Source of the DNA: Flaccisagitta enflata
Lineage: Eukaryota
Assembly: GCA_965153355.1 (NCBI GenBank)
Contig: OZ231126.1
Span: 2,666,001-2,730,000 of the forward strand
DNA: 64,000 bases
Direction: 5' to 3'
A model generated the notes under the pieces. That model was not told the origin of the DNA and searched no databases. It worked only from the letters and a program-made list of their open reading frames with translations. The position numbers and the translations under genes were made by a program. Shown piece after piece: positions 14,467 to 26,984 of the stretch (position 1 is its first letter; each line of letters starts with the position of its first letter).

Positions 14467-15107
14467 TAGCTTGTACCTAAATGACTAAAAGCAATAAAAT
14501 CAGAATTCTACAAGTAGTTCTTGTTGTGGGGCTGTCTTGGGCTTCTAATGGTATCAATTTTGGTCTGAAAAATTTGCATCTTGCTGTCCGCGCCTTGCCT
14601 TGAATTTTCCTTCAGCCTATGGGAAACCAAAAATTTCAAAGTGCTTAAATCTCTGTTTTGACTGCAGATTTGAAATCTGCAGAAAAAACTGTTAATTGAA
14701 AGTGCTTTCCTTTTTTCAATATTCCTTCGGGATCATAGTCAAAATTCATCTTAAAGATATAAAAAAAGGTAAGTTCGGCGATTTTACATATAAATAAAAG
14801 AGAAAGGTAAGTTTTGCAAACTTTGACACTTATTTTGAGCACCTTCTAGTTGGAATATTGTAAAGAGGAAAGCACTTTCAATTAACAGTTTTTTCTGCAG
14901 ATTTCAAATCTGCAGTCAAAACAGAGATTTAAGCACTTTGAAATTTTTGGTTTCCCATAGGCTGAAGGAAAATTCAAGGTAAGGCGCGGACAGCAAGATG
15001 CAATTTTTTCGGACCAAAAGTGATGTCATTGGAAGCCCAAGACAGCCCCACAATAAGAACTACTTGTGGAGTTCTGATTTTGTTTATTGTCATTTCGGTA
15101 CAAGCTA
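14467..15107. mobile_element. Foldback hAT-like MITE, same family as the enclosing element
   Basis: TIR TAGCTTGTACC with ~240-bp inverted arms; perfect 8-bp TSD TTATTTAC (14459-14466 / 15108-15115). Confidence 0.9.
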
Positions 15108-18100
15108 TTATTTACCGGGCACGCTCTTTTCCTGTCGGGCACGCTAAAATCTTGTGGGGCGTGCCCAGCATGCACGCTTAGATAAAATACTAATTTCAGG
15201 CCTGGTGATAATCATTTTTAAATGAATCTGAGTTCCTCTGATCGTTTGACTGACCAATCATATAATTAACTATCATTATCACTATCATGCATGTGAAACC
15301 CACTGCAAGTCGCAAAAAATTGCGCTCCGCAACCAAGCTAAAAAAACAGGAGAAAAACGCATCTCAGCGCAATAAAACGGACACAAGTCAACGCGAAAAA
15401 TTCTGGACTTTTCAGCTATCTAAAAATTTTAAACAAAAAACTTGCAAAAAAATTTCGCGGGACCGGGTTCCGGTCATTTTATCTTTTTACTTTCCCTTAT
15501 TTTTTTTTTTAGAACTTTTTCGTGTGTACTTGCTGTGGATTTTACATACTTTTTTTTTGATGACTATGACGGCCTTTCTATAAGACTTTGTAAAAAGTTT
15601 TCCTTAGGCTAAATATATCTAAATCTAAATCTAAATCTAATTTACAATTTTCCCAGTCGCTCATGCTATTGTTTAGCGAGGGGCCATATCATCCGCCACT
15701 TTTCCTTTCTTATGCTTATTGTCATTATGTCATGTATCTGATGAATGTGTAAGCTTCTGTCACTTATTTTTGCTGACGTGATATACTGACGTGATATGCT
15801 GACGTAATAAAACGGGTATAATTTAAACTTTTTTTAAAGAAGATATTTTCAAAGATTTTTAGGGGTGACAAAGCACCTCTATATAACTGGCTCTGTCCGT
15901 TGGTCGGTCAGTCAGTCGGTTGGTTGGTTGGTCGGGTAACGCATTCGTTCGACGATTTCGTTTTTCTTTGATTCATAGGTAAAATTAACCATCCAAAAGT
16001 GCGTCTTTTTTCGTGAGTCGTATAGTAAAGAAGATATATAAAATGAGACAGTGCCACGACCCAACCCAGAAGCCATAATTGCGTACCCAGAAGTTTCACT
16101 TGCTACGTCATTTTTAGCGAAAAGGGATGGTGAAATCTTGCGTTATCTTTTTTCGCTCGGGAAAATCTTACATAAAATGCATTTCTATAACACCGCCCAT
16201 CCATAATGATTTCTTAACACCAAGTTACTTGTTCTCATTTGCATCACTACAAAAATAGTTGCGGACTAGCGACTGAAAAGGCTTTGTCCGCCCGTCTGTT
16301 GGTCCATCCGCGCCCTGCGTAAGCACAAGTCGGAGTGGGAAAATTAGCGTTAGAAAATTATGCTTTTATGTAATTGAGTATGCCGTTGGGGGGGGGGATG
16401 AGAGCGCATGAGGTGTGGATAGGGGTAGGCATGGTCTGCATTGAATTTTTATCGCAAATTTTGTGAAATTATTATAAAAAAGTTCAATTTTACAGTTTTA
16501 AAAGGTGGACTGTGAAGTAGAAGCTAGTATGGTTCTTGTTATTAGGCCAGTTACCAAAACATTCGGGATAATTCGGAGGAATAATGAGATCATTTGTGGG
16601 AATCCGAAACAACAGAAAAAATGTATCATTTGTCCGAAATATTTCGGACATCCGAATATTCCCTCCATGCCTACTTTCAATTGACAGTTTTTTCTGCAGA
16701 TTCAAAATCTGCAGTCAGAATTGGAATTTGAGAACTTTCAAATTTTGGATTTCCTATAGGGGTAGGGTTCATAGAAGGTAAGGCGCGTCCACCTGAAAGT
16801 AGAATTTTAAAGCCAATATTGATTTCAATAGAAGCCTGAGACAGTCCCACATCATGATCTGCTCGTAGAATGTTTATTTTATTGCTTTTTGTCATTTAGG
16901 TACAAGCTAGTATGTATGTATGTATGTCCGGTGACCCTACCTCAAAAATCCCCCTTATCCATCTCCAATCACTCACCAACCACCCCTGATCATTTTAAGA
17001 TGCGTCCTCGCATCTCTATAAGAGGGTCTGTCCGTCCGTATGTATGTATGTCCGTATGTATGTCCGTTAACCCTACCTCAAAAATCCCCCTTATCCATCT
17101 CCAATCACTCACCAACCACCCCTGATCATTTTTAGATGTGTCCTCGCATCTCTATAAGAGGCTACATTTCATCTTTTGTTCCTCAATGATTACATCTTTC
17201 ACTCTGTCTTTCTTGCCATACTATTTTTTTATTGATGCCTAAAAAGTATACCTGTGAAGAGGACGCATCATTGCCCTATTGGGTTTGTTCCCAAGTCGAC
17301 CCATTTTGTCAAGTTATCCCGTTTTATAAAATCAGTCCATTTTGTCAAGTTGGCCTGTTTAGTCAAGTCGGCCCCTTTTGTCAAGTTGCACTATGGAAAC
17401 GTTGATCAAATGGACCAACGGACGGATGAACAGATGGCCAAAAAAAGTAGAACAAGGCTGGATACATGACCAAAAAGTAGTCGTTCACGGGTGGGCAGGG
17501 GTTGTAATGCGTGTATTGCACAAAAATCACTGTTTAGTTGCGGACACGCAACTTTATGAGAGGCTTTGTCCGTAAGTCGGTTTGTTGGTGGAAAAACAAG
17601 TTTTTTTTTTCATTTTTTGGGGGGCATCTGTGTTGGTGGGGGGCACAGGGTTGGATTGGGGTTGGGTGCTCCTGCCCACCCGTTCGCCACAATATTGTGA
17701 CCCCGCGTCACTTGTTCTGACAAATTCGCCTCAAATTTGAGCGTTTTGAGCTCACTACTCCTGCCTTAATGCTCCAGTGACCTCCATCACTGCCCCTGCC
17801 CACCCGCACGCGACTAGGGTAGCCGTGTATCCGGCCTTGTTGATTATGCGTTTATGCGTTATCTTCTTTTTAGATGCGACAAAGCACCTCTATAACTGGC
17901 TGTGTCCGTCGGTTGGTTGGTTGGTCGGTCGGTTGGTCAGTGGGTTGGTAAATAACGCATTCGTTCAACAATCAACACGTCGCACTTTTTGGCCTACTTG
18001 GCCTTGTTCTCCTTCGTTTTCTTGTTCTTCTTCTTCTTTTTAGTCGCGTGCACGCGACTCTACAACCCGCTTTGTCCGTCGGTCAGTTAGTCGCTTGGTT

Positions 18101-18291
18101 GGTTGGTTGGTCGGTCGGTCACACTTTACTTTTTTTAATTTCATTTCTTCGACCTCACTGCTTCTGTCCAAATGGCCCCTGCCCACCCGTACACGACTTC
18201 GGTAGCCGTGTATCCGGTAGGCTAGTTACCTGAAGGGTGAATTTGGCTCAACATTTACATGCTAAGCGGTATTGTGGCAGTAAATCAGACG

Positions 18292-18422
18292 AGCAGAGGT
18301 CGGTATTTGATCAAGAAACCTGCACGGCAACACAATGGTAAAGTTTATGAAAGCAATTTTTCGCCCATTGAAACTCTATAGTGTTGCCGTGTGGGTATTC
18401 TTTCCAGATACCGATCTCCGCT
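18292..18422. mobile_element. Small palindromic MITE
   Basis: GAGGTCGGTATTTG...CACGGCAACAC pairs with GTGTTGCCGTG...CAGATACCGATCTC. Confidence 0.65.
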
Positions 18423-19071
18423 TGCCTCAATTGCTTTTTAAGTACGACATAGAGTGTATGGTTAGTTGGCTAAGACGTTCAGAAATTTGACCACATTTGA
18501 CCTCCCAGATAGCCGCCCTAGTACCCGGCCTTGTTAGATCCTTCCGTTGGTCTGTAACGATTAAGTCGAGAAGTGGAAAAACCGGCATTTTGGATACTTT
18601 TTGAGTTTGTTTGTGTGTGGGGTGGGAGTTGGGGTGTGAATCTGGGTCGGATGCCCTAGTCCACCTGTCCGCAACAATATTGTGACCCCGCGCCACTTGT
18701 TTTTTAGTCGCGTGCTACGCGACTCTACACCCCGCTTTGTCGGTCCGTCGGTCCGTCCGTCCGTCCGTTGGTCCGTTGGTCCGTCCATCACACTTTACTT
18801 TTTTTTTGGTTTTTGCGGTCTTTGGCCTCACTGCTCCTGCCCTAGTGATCAAGTGATCTCAAATACGGCCCCTGCCCACCCGCACGCGACTAGGGTAGCC
18901 GTGTATCCGGCCTTGTTTTTTATGTCGTTACTAATACCGTATTACGTCCAAACAGCCTATGTGCTTCCATTGGTTAGTTCGTCGATCAAATGGTCAGGAT
19001 AACGTTGGAAATGCGCAAAACATCCGATTCTGAAATTAGCGCCACACACACATAACACACAGTACACACAA

Positions 19072-19189
<118 letters not shown>

Positions 19190-19196
19190 CATAAAT

Positions 19197-19296
<100 letters not shown>

Positions 19297-19456
19297 GCGC
19301 GCGCGCGCGTTTTAACACTTTTCGATTTGTGTTTAAGACAGAAGCGAAGGTTGGACAAACAGATGGACAAATGGATCAATGGCCTGACGGTAAAATAGAT
19401 GGATGTACGGACTGATATAGATAGGCAGATGGAAAAACCCTCTTTGTATCCCACAG

Positions 19457-19669
19457 TCATTCTTTTACGAGTTTGCAACACTGTGCGACGGCTATGAGTG
19501 GGATGAGCGCTTGATATGATTAGTTAGATCTTGTGTACACGCAGATACATTTCCAGCGATTTCTTAACGAAGGAAAGTGATCCTATTGATGACACGTAAT
19601 ATGTCCAATCAGCCAGCGCTTTATCACAACTGCTTAAGACTGATTGCGTTTGCATTGACGTTTATGCAT
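19457..19669 (+). pseudogene. Exon of an unidentified unprocessed pseudogene (phase 0-0, 2 in-frame stops)
   Basis: cccacag|SFFYEFATLCDGYEWDERLI*LVRSCVHADTFPAIS*RRKVILLMTRNMSNQPALYHNCLRLIAFALTFMH|gtaagg; 213 nt. Confidence 0.5.
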
Positions 19670-20096
19670 GTAAGGATGGACTGTTGGATACATAGACGGA
19701 CCGACAGATCGACCCTTTGATCAAAGACAGAAAAAGAAAGTAAGATCGGATGAAACAAGGCCGGGTGCACGGTAGGACAGTCGCGGACAGTTGGGCAGGA
19801 GCAGTAATGCAAAAACCGCTGGCAATTCTAAAATGTGACCTAATGACATACCGACATACCAACTGACACGGCGAGGTGTAGAGTCGCGTGTCCGCGACTA
19901 AAAAGAGAAAGGCAGAATGCTACCATGGCAAGGCAAGGGAAGACATGCCAACTAGTGCAGTGATCTAGTTAGTAGAATATGATACTTATGTTTAAATGTG
20001 TCTTATGTATTTCTCGCATTTGTTAAGAGACTAAGCACATTGCAGATGACTAATGCCCGTACAGTCTGTAGTAGCGCGCGAGTAGCGCTGCTACTG

Positions 20097-20338
20097 CACC
20101 TTGATCTGGGGGCTGAGAAAAACCCGAGATGAATCTAGCATGTTTCAATAGCTTAATTTACATGAAAAGCATACTTCTAGTTAACCCAGTGAGATGAGAT
20201 TTTAACTGAAGCTCTGCAAAACCATCAGCTTTCTTCATGTAAAATTTCATCTCACTGGGGCAACTAGAAGTATGCTTTTCATCTAATTTAAGCTATTGAG
20301 ATTCATCTTGGGTTTTTCTCAGCCCCCAGATCAAGGTG
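20097..20338. mobile_element. Foldback MITE with CAC termini and 5-bp TSD (Transib/RAG-like), copy 1
   Basis: Both ends read CACCTTG-ATCTGGGGGCTG-AGAAAAACC. TSD TACTG (20092-20096 / 20339-20343). Arms ~100 bp. Confidence 0.85.
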
Positions 20339-20716
20339 TACTGGGTAGATCAGGTGGTAACTCAGAAATTTTTGAGAAAAGAAAAGGAAGATGAAGAAAA
20401 AAAAGAAAGAAGAAAAAGAAGAAGAATAATAAAGAAGAGGAAAAAGAAGAAGAAGAAGAAAAGGAAAAGAAAGAAGAAAAAAAGAAGAGGAAGAAAAAAA
20501 GAAAATAGGGAAAAGTAGGAGGACAGGGCGAGAGACTAATACAGTTCGGCAGACAGACGGATAAAAAGATGTACAGATAGGATGAAGTAAGAATGAGACA
20601 TGACTGTTCCAGTGAGCAAATCCTGCTTCTCGGAAGGAAGGCAGAATGTACATGTATGACTAATGGACCATTTTTGCTAATTATAACTAAAAAGTCGCAA
20701 TCTCATGTCACAATAG

Positions 20717-20927
20717 CAAATGTGAGATCAAATTCGAACATCTGATCAGTTAACAATTCAACGTAATCTTGAGTCCAATAGTGACAAGGAAAAATGTCTC
20801 TCTGAAAGATCCTTGATAAGAAGCACTATATAGAAAATGACCATTACTAAGTTTGAAATGGGAAGTGCCACATCTCGCCTAAGGCCGGAATTCAAGACAG
20901 CGACGAAATTTAAAACAATTTTAAAAG
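20717..20927 (+). pseudogene. Second exon of the pseudogene (phase 0-1, 2 in-frame stops, GA instead of GT donor)
   Basis: caatag|QM*DQIRTSDQLTIQRNLESNSDKEKCLSERSLIRSTI*KMTITKFEMGSATSRLRPEFKTATKFKTILK-G|gaaagt. Confidence 0.45.
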
Positions 20928-22337
20928 GAAAGTTGGATATGGTTGGATGTAATTATTGCATATATAGCATCATAATGACTATCTGGCACTGTGTTATTAT
21001 CGTCTACGCGTCGACCCCCGTCGGGGCCTGGGAACGACGGATGCTACATGAATTTTGTAAATGTAGAAAAGACATGGAAGGGGGAAGATTTTGACCACAC
21101 AGCGAAAACAAGCATGGAATGTTGTGTCTGAAAAGGTATCATAATTTTTTTTCTGCCTCCTCTATACTACTTGAACAGCCAGTTCAAATAACTGTAAAAA
21201 TAGATATTGTCTCTGAAAAAACTAAGGCGTTTTGTTTTACGCATTTGAGCCTCACTAGTGATCATACAACGCGAATATGGGTGTCATGAGCCAAATTTCT
21301 AAATTTTGATTTCACCCTACGACTGATTCCAAGCAATTGCCAACATTGATACAATTTTGATTGATATTGAGATGATTTGAAGTCTTGTTTTGGGTTGCAT
21401 AAGAGGAAGTTGATGTTATGGTCCAGGTGGAATTAAAGTCTGGTTTGGTAATGGTACACTCTGGTTGGACATCAATCAAGAGGGCTATGTTGGTGAGTTG
21501 GTCGCGTGACTAACTCGGGATGTGAGATTATCGTTGCTCTACACTTTATAATACATACAATATTTACAAAATATACAGCCCTGAAAATAATTTAAAAGCA
21601 TTTTCTTACTATTCTTCTGTTTGATATCAGTTTTACCTCAAAACAAACGGACAGTTCGCTGTAAGAATACAAGAATGTAAGGTGGATCAAATTATGACTC
21701 AAGGATAACAAGCAAAATTGCTGTGGGCCCGTTGGGTCCGCAGCTAGATAAACTTTAGGGCCCGCTCTTTTTATTGATCTCGTAAACACGCTTTGAACTT
21801 CTTATGCTGGAATATCTATCACGTTGAAATGATTCATACAGTAGATGTCGTTTATACTTGGAAATACGGTAGGCCCTCATATCTTAAACACCATTTTGTG
21901 TAAAACTGTGAGTGTACAATGTTTATGCCCTATATGGTTGACAATGGGGCATGGCAGCTCTGTGAATAGAAGATTTTCTTGAATACACTAAATCAAATTC
22001 GCTTCAACTACACAGCTGCTGGAATTGGTCTGGTGGAAACTCACTTGACTACAGATTTATCATGATCAATTTATTCAAATATTGGCATAAGGCAGAACAA
22101 CCAATTATTTTTTTCAACATCAACTAGTCTGACAAATATTGACCTTATCAGGATTTTCTTGCTTGATTTTAAAAGATGCAATAACACTTATCATGCCCAC
22201 AAATGTTGTTGCACTTTTTACTTATGTCGTAAGATTTTAGAAATTAATTCTCATTTAAATTTTTGTTCCCCTTAAAAAATTCAATGCATTTGATACACAG
22301 TAATCATCCCAGGAATCAGGTCTTTCAATCAAAATGT

Positions 22338-22354
22338 CCAGGTTCGAATCCTGG
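22338..22354 (+). other. Isolated tRNA T-arm/B-box remnant (possible decayed SINE head)
   Basis: CCAGG-TTCGAAT-CCTGG stem-loop. No full cloverleaf or A-box is evident. Confidence 0.35.
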
Positions 22355-22545
22355 GCTGGTTTTGCAAATCAAGCAAATGGATGAAGCTGAAATTCTGCAA
22401 AAAAGATGATTGATCCTATAGTTTTATGCTCAAAGTTTTTTTCCTAAGGAAAGCCGTAGGGGGATGCCAAACCTCATCGTCAACCCCTTAATGTCTATAC
22501 ATTACCCCAACAAAATATCAGTCCCCTCACTGTGCTGATAGTCAG

Positions 22546-22721
22546 GTTATAAGCTCTTCCGTATTTCCAAATCTAGACGACATCTACAATACCTCATCCA
22601 AAAACTTGACAAATTTGATGACAATGTCCAAGGCATCTTTGAAGTTGGCCTCCGTGACGCTGTGGCTCGCATCAAGCACAAATACGACGTCAACAGGAAC
22701 ATGAGCGCAAATCTCACCTGA
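22546..22721 (+). pseudogene. Terminal exon of the pseudogene (open, phase 1)
   Basis: tcag|(G)YKLFRISKSRRHLQYLIQKLDKFDDNVQGIFEVGLRDAVARIKHKYDVNRNMSANLT*; AATAAA at 22942-22947. Confidence 0.5.
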
Positions 22722-23093
22722 ATTTGCGATAAAGTATAATACAACCTACTTATAATACAATTGTCGCACAAAAGGCCATCTCTGAGGGTATATTAAATAT
22801 ACTGTTGCGAAAAATAAGAAACATTTGTAAACACTGATGACAATTTACTTTTCAATATGAAACAAGCATTCCTGGCAGCAAAAAAATGACATTTTAGCAC
22901 AAGGCGGAGTAACCCATCGCTTATTCTACACACGACAAGACAATAAACCATACCGCGCTATTGGTCTATTCGTCTGTTGGTCTATTCGATTGTTGTCACG
23001 CATTCAACGGGTTTTCTCTCCTGGTCCAAATTTATAATCTCTCACAGACTTGTATCCGGCCTTGCTTAGATAATATCTAGATTTTTAAGAGAC

Positions 23094-23311
23094 TCATCCT
23101 TTTGTGCCTTGACTTCCAGTTCCGCCTCTTCTTCCGCTTCCGCGTCCACTTCCGCGTCCGCTTCCGAGTCCGCTTCCGCGTCCGCTTTCGCGTCCGCGTC
23201 CCCTTTCGCGTCCTCTTCCGTTTCTCCTTCCATCAATTTGACGTGGAAAGCGACTCCTTTTTTCATCAAATTTGTTGATTTCCAAAACTTGAGAAAATGA
23301 CGTGTTTTCTA
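23094..23311 (-). CDS. Candidate exon: propeptide end, RSRFPR convertase-like site and Gly/Arg-rich peptide
   Basis: Strong pyrimidine tract plus cag at 23312-23314; phase 1; (V)ENTSFSQVLEINKFDEKRSRFPRQIDGRRNGRG...SQGTKG*. Confidence 0.45.
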
Positions 23312-23435
23312 CTGATTGAAAAAAAGGGAAAGAAAAATCAAATGCCATGTAGCAGATAAGATCGAGGTTAATCATCGTGATTGTACCGTTTGCAAAACCT
23401 TTGGCTTTGAATTTAAAAGATGACACACCCCTTGT

Positions 23436-23800
23436 AGGGACATGTTACAGGTATTTGAGAATGGTCGCCCTCCAATTTTTCCGCATTCCACCCCCAAATT
23501 GTCCCCCGCATATGGGAAAACCGTCGCGAAAAAAATCTAGCTCTATTTTTTTCGTCCATCACCCTCCCAAGTTAGAGATAAGACTGTGGTATTGTGGTAT
23601 TTTGGTATTGGTCAGACACCCCTATCTTTGTTGGCTCATATCTTTTAAATGAATTGAGCTAATGACCTCAACTTGGGCTCATTTCAATCTTCAAATAAAG
23701 AGCTACATCTGCTCTTTAAAAAAAGCCCAAGCTAAGGACATTAGCTCAATCATTTTAGAAGCAGCATTGCTCCAAAGTTGATGTAAGTTTGTGCAAAAAA
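23436..23800. mobile_element. Dispersed DNA-element fragment, with a counterpart in opposite orientation at ~37840-38775
   Basis: TAGGGACATGTTACAGGTATTTGAG and TTGAGCTAATGACCTCAAC motifs are shared between the two loci. Confidence 0.65.
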
Positions 23801-23860
23801 TGGATTGCACTTAGTTCACTTGTAGCTTCTAGAACGTGGGTGTGCGGAGCACTCTACTCG

Positions 23861-23937
<77 letters not shown>

Positions 23938-25398
23938 ATGCTCACATATGTTACCGACGCATGAACTACACACCAAAACCTACAGTCGTGTGCAAAAAAG
24001 TGATATCTGTTATTCCAAAAAGCCATTAACCATGGGCAAAAAAAAAAAACTGTACATGGCGGTTTTTTTGCCTTTGACCGGCTTGGTTTCAATGAAAACA
24101 TAAAAAAGATATTTAAAAGTTCTTCAAATCTAGATCAAGCAGAAAGTTGTAGCTCAATTGGTATAGAAATGGCAACAGTTTGAAGTAAGCATCCCCACAA
24201 TCTGTCAATTAAAGGGATTCTGTACTTTTAGTTCTGTCTTTAAAAGCATGAAAAACATATTTGACGAAAGGAAACTAAGAAAAATCTAAGAGAAAATGAA
24301 AATATAACTTATTATCTACAAAATGGCGCCAAGCAGACCTTTTCAAGTCTATCTGTTTAGAAATAGTAATCAAACAAAGACATTTAGTCTATGAATTCAA
24401 ATTAGTAAAAAATATCATATCTGGCAGATTTCAATTTGATACTTTTTTTTCAAATAAACATAACTTCTAGAGTTTTCAAGTTAGAATTTTGTTCAACGAC
24501 TCAAATCAAAGATTTAAAATGGTCATAGATTTTATGTACTTTCTCAAAAGCAGCACCAAGTTATCGTAGAAATAAGCAATGTACAATCTTTTTTTTGCTC
24601 ATGGTTATTCCTTAGTTACGCACAATCCCGCCCCAGAGAACAGAGATAATTCAGCATATGATAGAAGAAACAACAGAACTTTGTCACAGAATAATCAAAG
24701 ATCAATCTGTTTTACATGGAGATTACAAAGCTTTAAACCAAACAACATTGGTATATCACCTAAGACACAGATTTTTTCTCTGTCAGATTCTAGCAGTCTA
24801 AATACCATGATTATTTCATCCACAAGTTTTTCATCTAATTTAATCAGGCTTTGTTTGGGAAGTGTCCGCCTGAGGTAGTGGCCAAGTTAAACCACAACAT
24901 TGCTGCCATTAGTGGAGCCAGATGTCACTGCTTGTATGGAGGCACATCTGTATGGAAGTAAAATTTTATACAATGTGTTATCAATGAGAGAACAGAAAGG
25001 TTCTCCCCCTAAAACTGCAGCACTTACCCCTCCTCCCTTACTGATCAAACTACAGCAATGAGTAGTTTGTGCTGGTTTGTAAATCATAGTTTAGAACTAT
25101 ACAAGTGGTGCCACCAAGTGGATTTTGAAATTTCCACTTCAATTTAGGGTTATAGCATAAAATCCTTGATTTCATAAATAATTAAAAATAGCTAATTTCA
25201 ACATTTTTATAAGCAATATCTTGAGTTAGACGTCAAAAATTGAAAATCGCTCTGGTGGCGCTATTTGTACTGATACAAACATTCTTTCTTTACTCTAAAA
25301 GTCTCTGTAATGTATTTAGTTAGTGCTGTATGTGGGGGTGCTACAGCTTTTAAGGGGTTCACACCTTGTATTTAGCACTTCTCTGTATTTTTCCTTTT

Positions 25399-26490
25399 GG
25401 GCAGCGGCCCCAAAGGGGCCAATGACCTATGCTTTCACATAAGCAGAAATTTCTCCCCCTTCTTTTCCTTCTCTGTCCGTCCTTTTCCCCCCATCCTCAT
25501 GGCCCAAGTCCTGGACATGAGGCCCAAATCCCAGCCTTGAAGCCCAAATCCCAGCCTTGAAGCCCAAATCCTAGCCTTGAGGCCTAAGTCCTAGCCTTGA
25601 GGCCCAAATCCCAGCCTTGAGGCCCAAATCCTAGCCTTGAGGCCCAAAACCTGGTCTTGAGGCCCAAACCCTAGCCTTGAGGTTCAGATTCCAGCCTTGT
25701 GTCCCAAATCCCAGCCTTCACGCCCAAATTCCAGCCTTAAGGTCCAAATCCCAGCCTTTAGGCTCAAATCCCAGCCTTGAGGTTTAAATCCCAGTCTTGA
25801 AGCCCAAATTCCAGACCTTTAGGCACAAATCCCAGCCTAGATGCCAACAGGTCGCCCAAGGGCAATATGTGGACAGCAATACCCGTTGCCCTGCTTTGCA
25901 TGATTGCGAAATGGAGTGAGAGGAAGCAGGGCAGCGGTCCCAAAGGGGACGATGTCCTGTAGAACACAGAGGAACTTTTGTTCATCCGTCTGTCCGTCCA
26001 TCCGTCCATCCATTCGTCCACCCCCAGATTTCAGGCCTGCTAGGGCAGATTTTAGGCCTGAGAGGGCAGATTCAAGGCCTGAGAAGACAGATTTCAAGGC
26101 CTGATAGGGCAGATTTCTGGCCTGAGAGGGCAGATTTCAGACCTGAAAGGGCCTGGGGGGACAAATGGAAGGACGAACGGACGAACATACTAACAAGACT
26201 CCCCCTGTGTTCTACAGGACTTAGTTCCCTTCGGGGCCGCAGCCCAAAAACCCAGCTTTGGTACTAAAATCCCAACCTTGAGACCATAAACCCAGCCTAT
26301 AGACCAAAATTCTAGCCTTAAGACCCTAATCCCAGCCTTGACGCCCAAATCCTAGCTTTGGGGCCCTTATCCCAGAAACTTACTAAGCATAGGTCATCAG
26401 CCCCTTTAGGGCTGCTGCCCCTGTAACCACCTCACAGTCCTCACACCCACATACACTCACATAGGGGCAACGGGTACGCTTTTGCGACTA
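25399..26490 (+). mobile_element. Minisatellite-carrying HINE-like element (GGGCAGCGGCCCC family) with a sister element nested in reverse at ~25846-26250
   Basis: Subterminal inverted repeats GGGCAGCGGCCCC-N-GATGACCTATGC; 20-bp array GGCCCAAATCCCAGCCTTGA; 3' mini-hairpin CGCTTTTGCG-ACTA. Other copies at ~32181, 38948, 40335, 40870, 41516, 42398, 43744, 45045, 51356, 51860. Confidence 0.8.
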
Positions 26491-26657
26491 TTTTTTTGGT
26501 CGCTAGCACACAAATGTAATTTCTTATGTCACTCCTCGCAACCATATTGCCTGCATCCATCTGTCTCTTCATCCCTCCATTTGTCCACGATCTCGCCATC
26601 CATTCTTATTTTCTACCCTCTGGCATTTGCCCAGCCTTGTTTGTGTTGTTGTTGTTG

Positions 26658-26984
26658 CCACTTGGGAAGAGTGGAAGTTTCCCGGCCTTGTAATATCAAA
26701 TGAAGATCCTGATCAATGACATCTACAGCGTTAGAATGGATAAGCGTCATCGTTTCCCTTACATAGGTCAAGTTTTGGTTCATCATGACATGTGGAGCTG
26801 ATGCTGCGATACAGCAACTTTTGTTGGACAAAGACCTCATGATTTGTTTTTCTCCAAAATTTGTTGATGCCTGCATAGTCAGACTTCAAAATCATCTGTG
26901 GTACATTTGCAAAGAGATGACCCCGTTAGCAATAGCCTCAACACTTATCTGTGACAGTGAATATGAGAAGCTTGCTCGGTTGAG
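26658..26984 (+). pseudogene. Decayed DNA-transposase fragment (hAT-like, HLWY-motif type)
   Basis: Frameshifted frames give YQMKIL..., VSLT*VKFWF...ADAAIQQL...RLQNHLWYICKEMTPLAIAS. This resembles the Y-x2-WF / HLWY-x3-E-x2-PLA pattern I recall from hAT-related transposases. Confidence 0.55.

Noticed and set aside
15979-16030. 5' part of a further pseudogene exon
   Set aside because: It matches, in reverse, the repeat end at ~48825-48870 (AACCATYCAAAAGTGCGTCTTTTT), so it is TE-derived.
22290-22365. Functional tRNA gene
   Set aside because: Only a T-arm; acceptor, D and anticodon stems could not be formed.
23066-23269. Acidic EAEADA-frame protein
   Set aside because: Alternative frame of the same low-complexity tract, with an upstream stop and no fit to the acceptor; not fully excluded.
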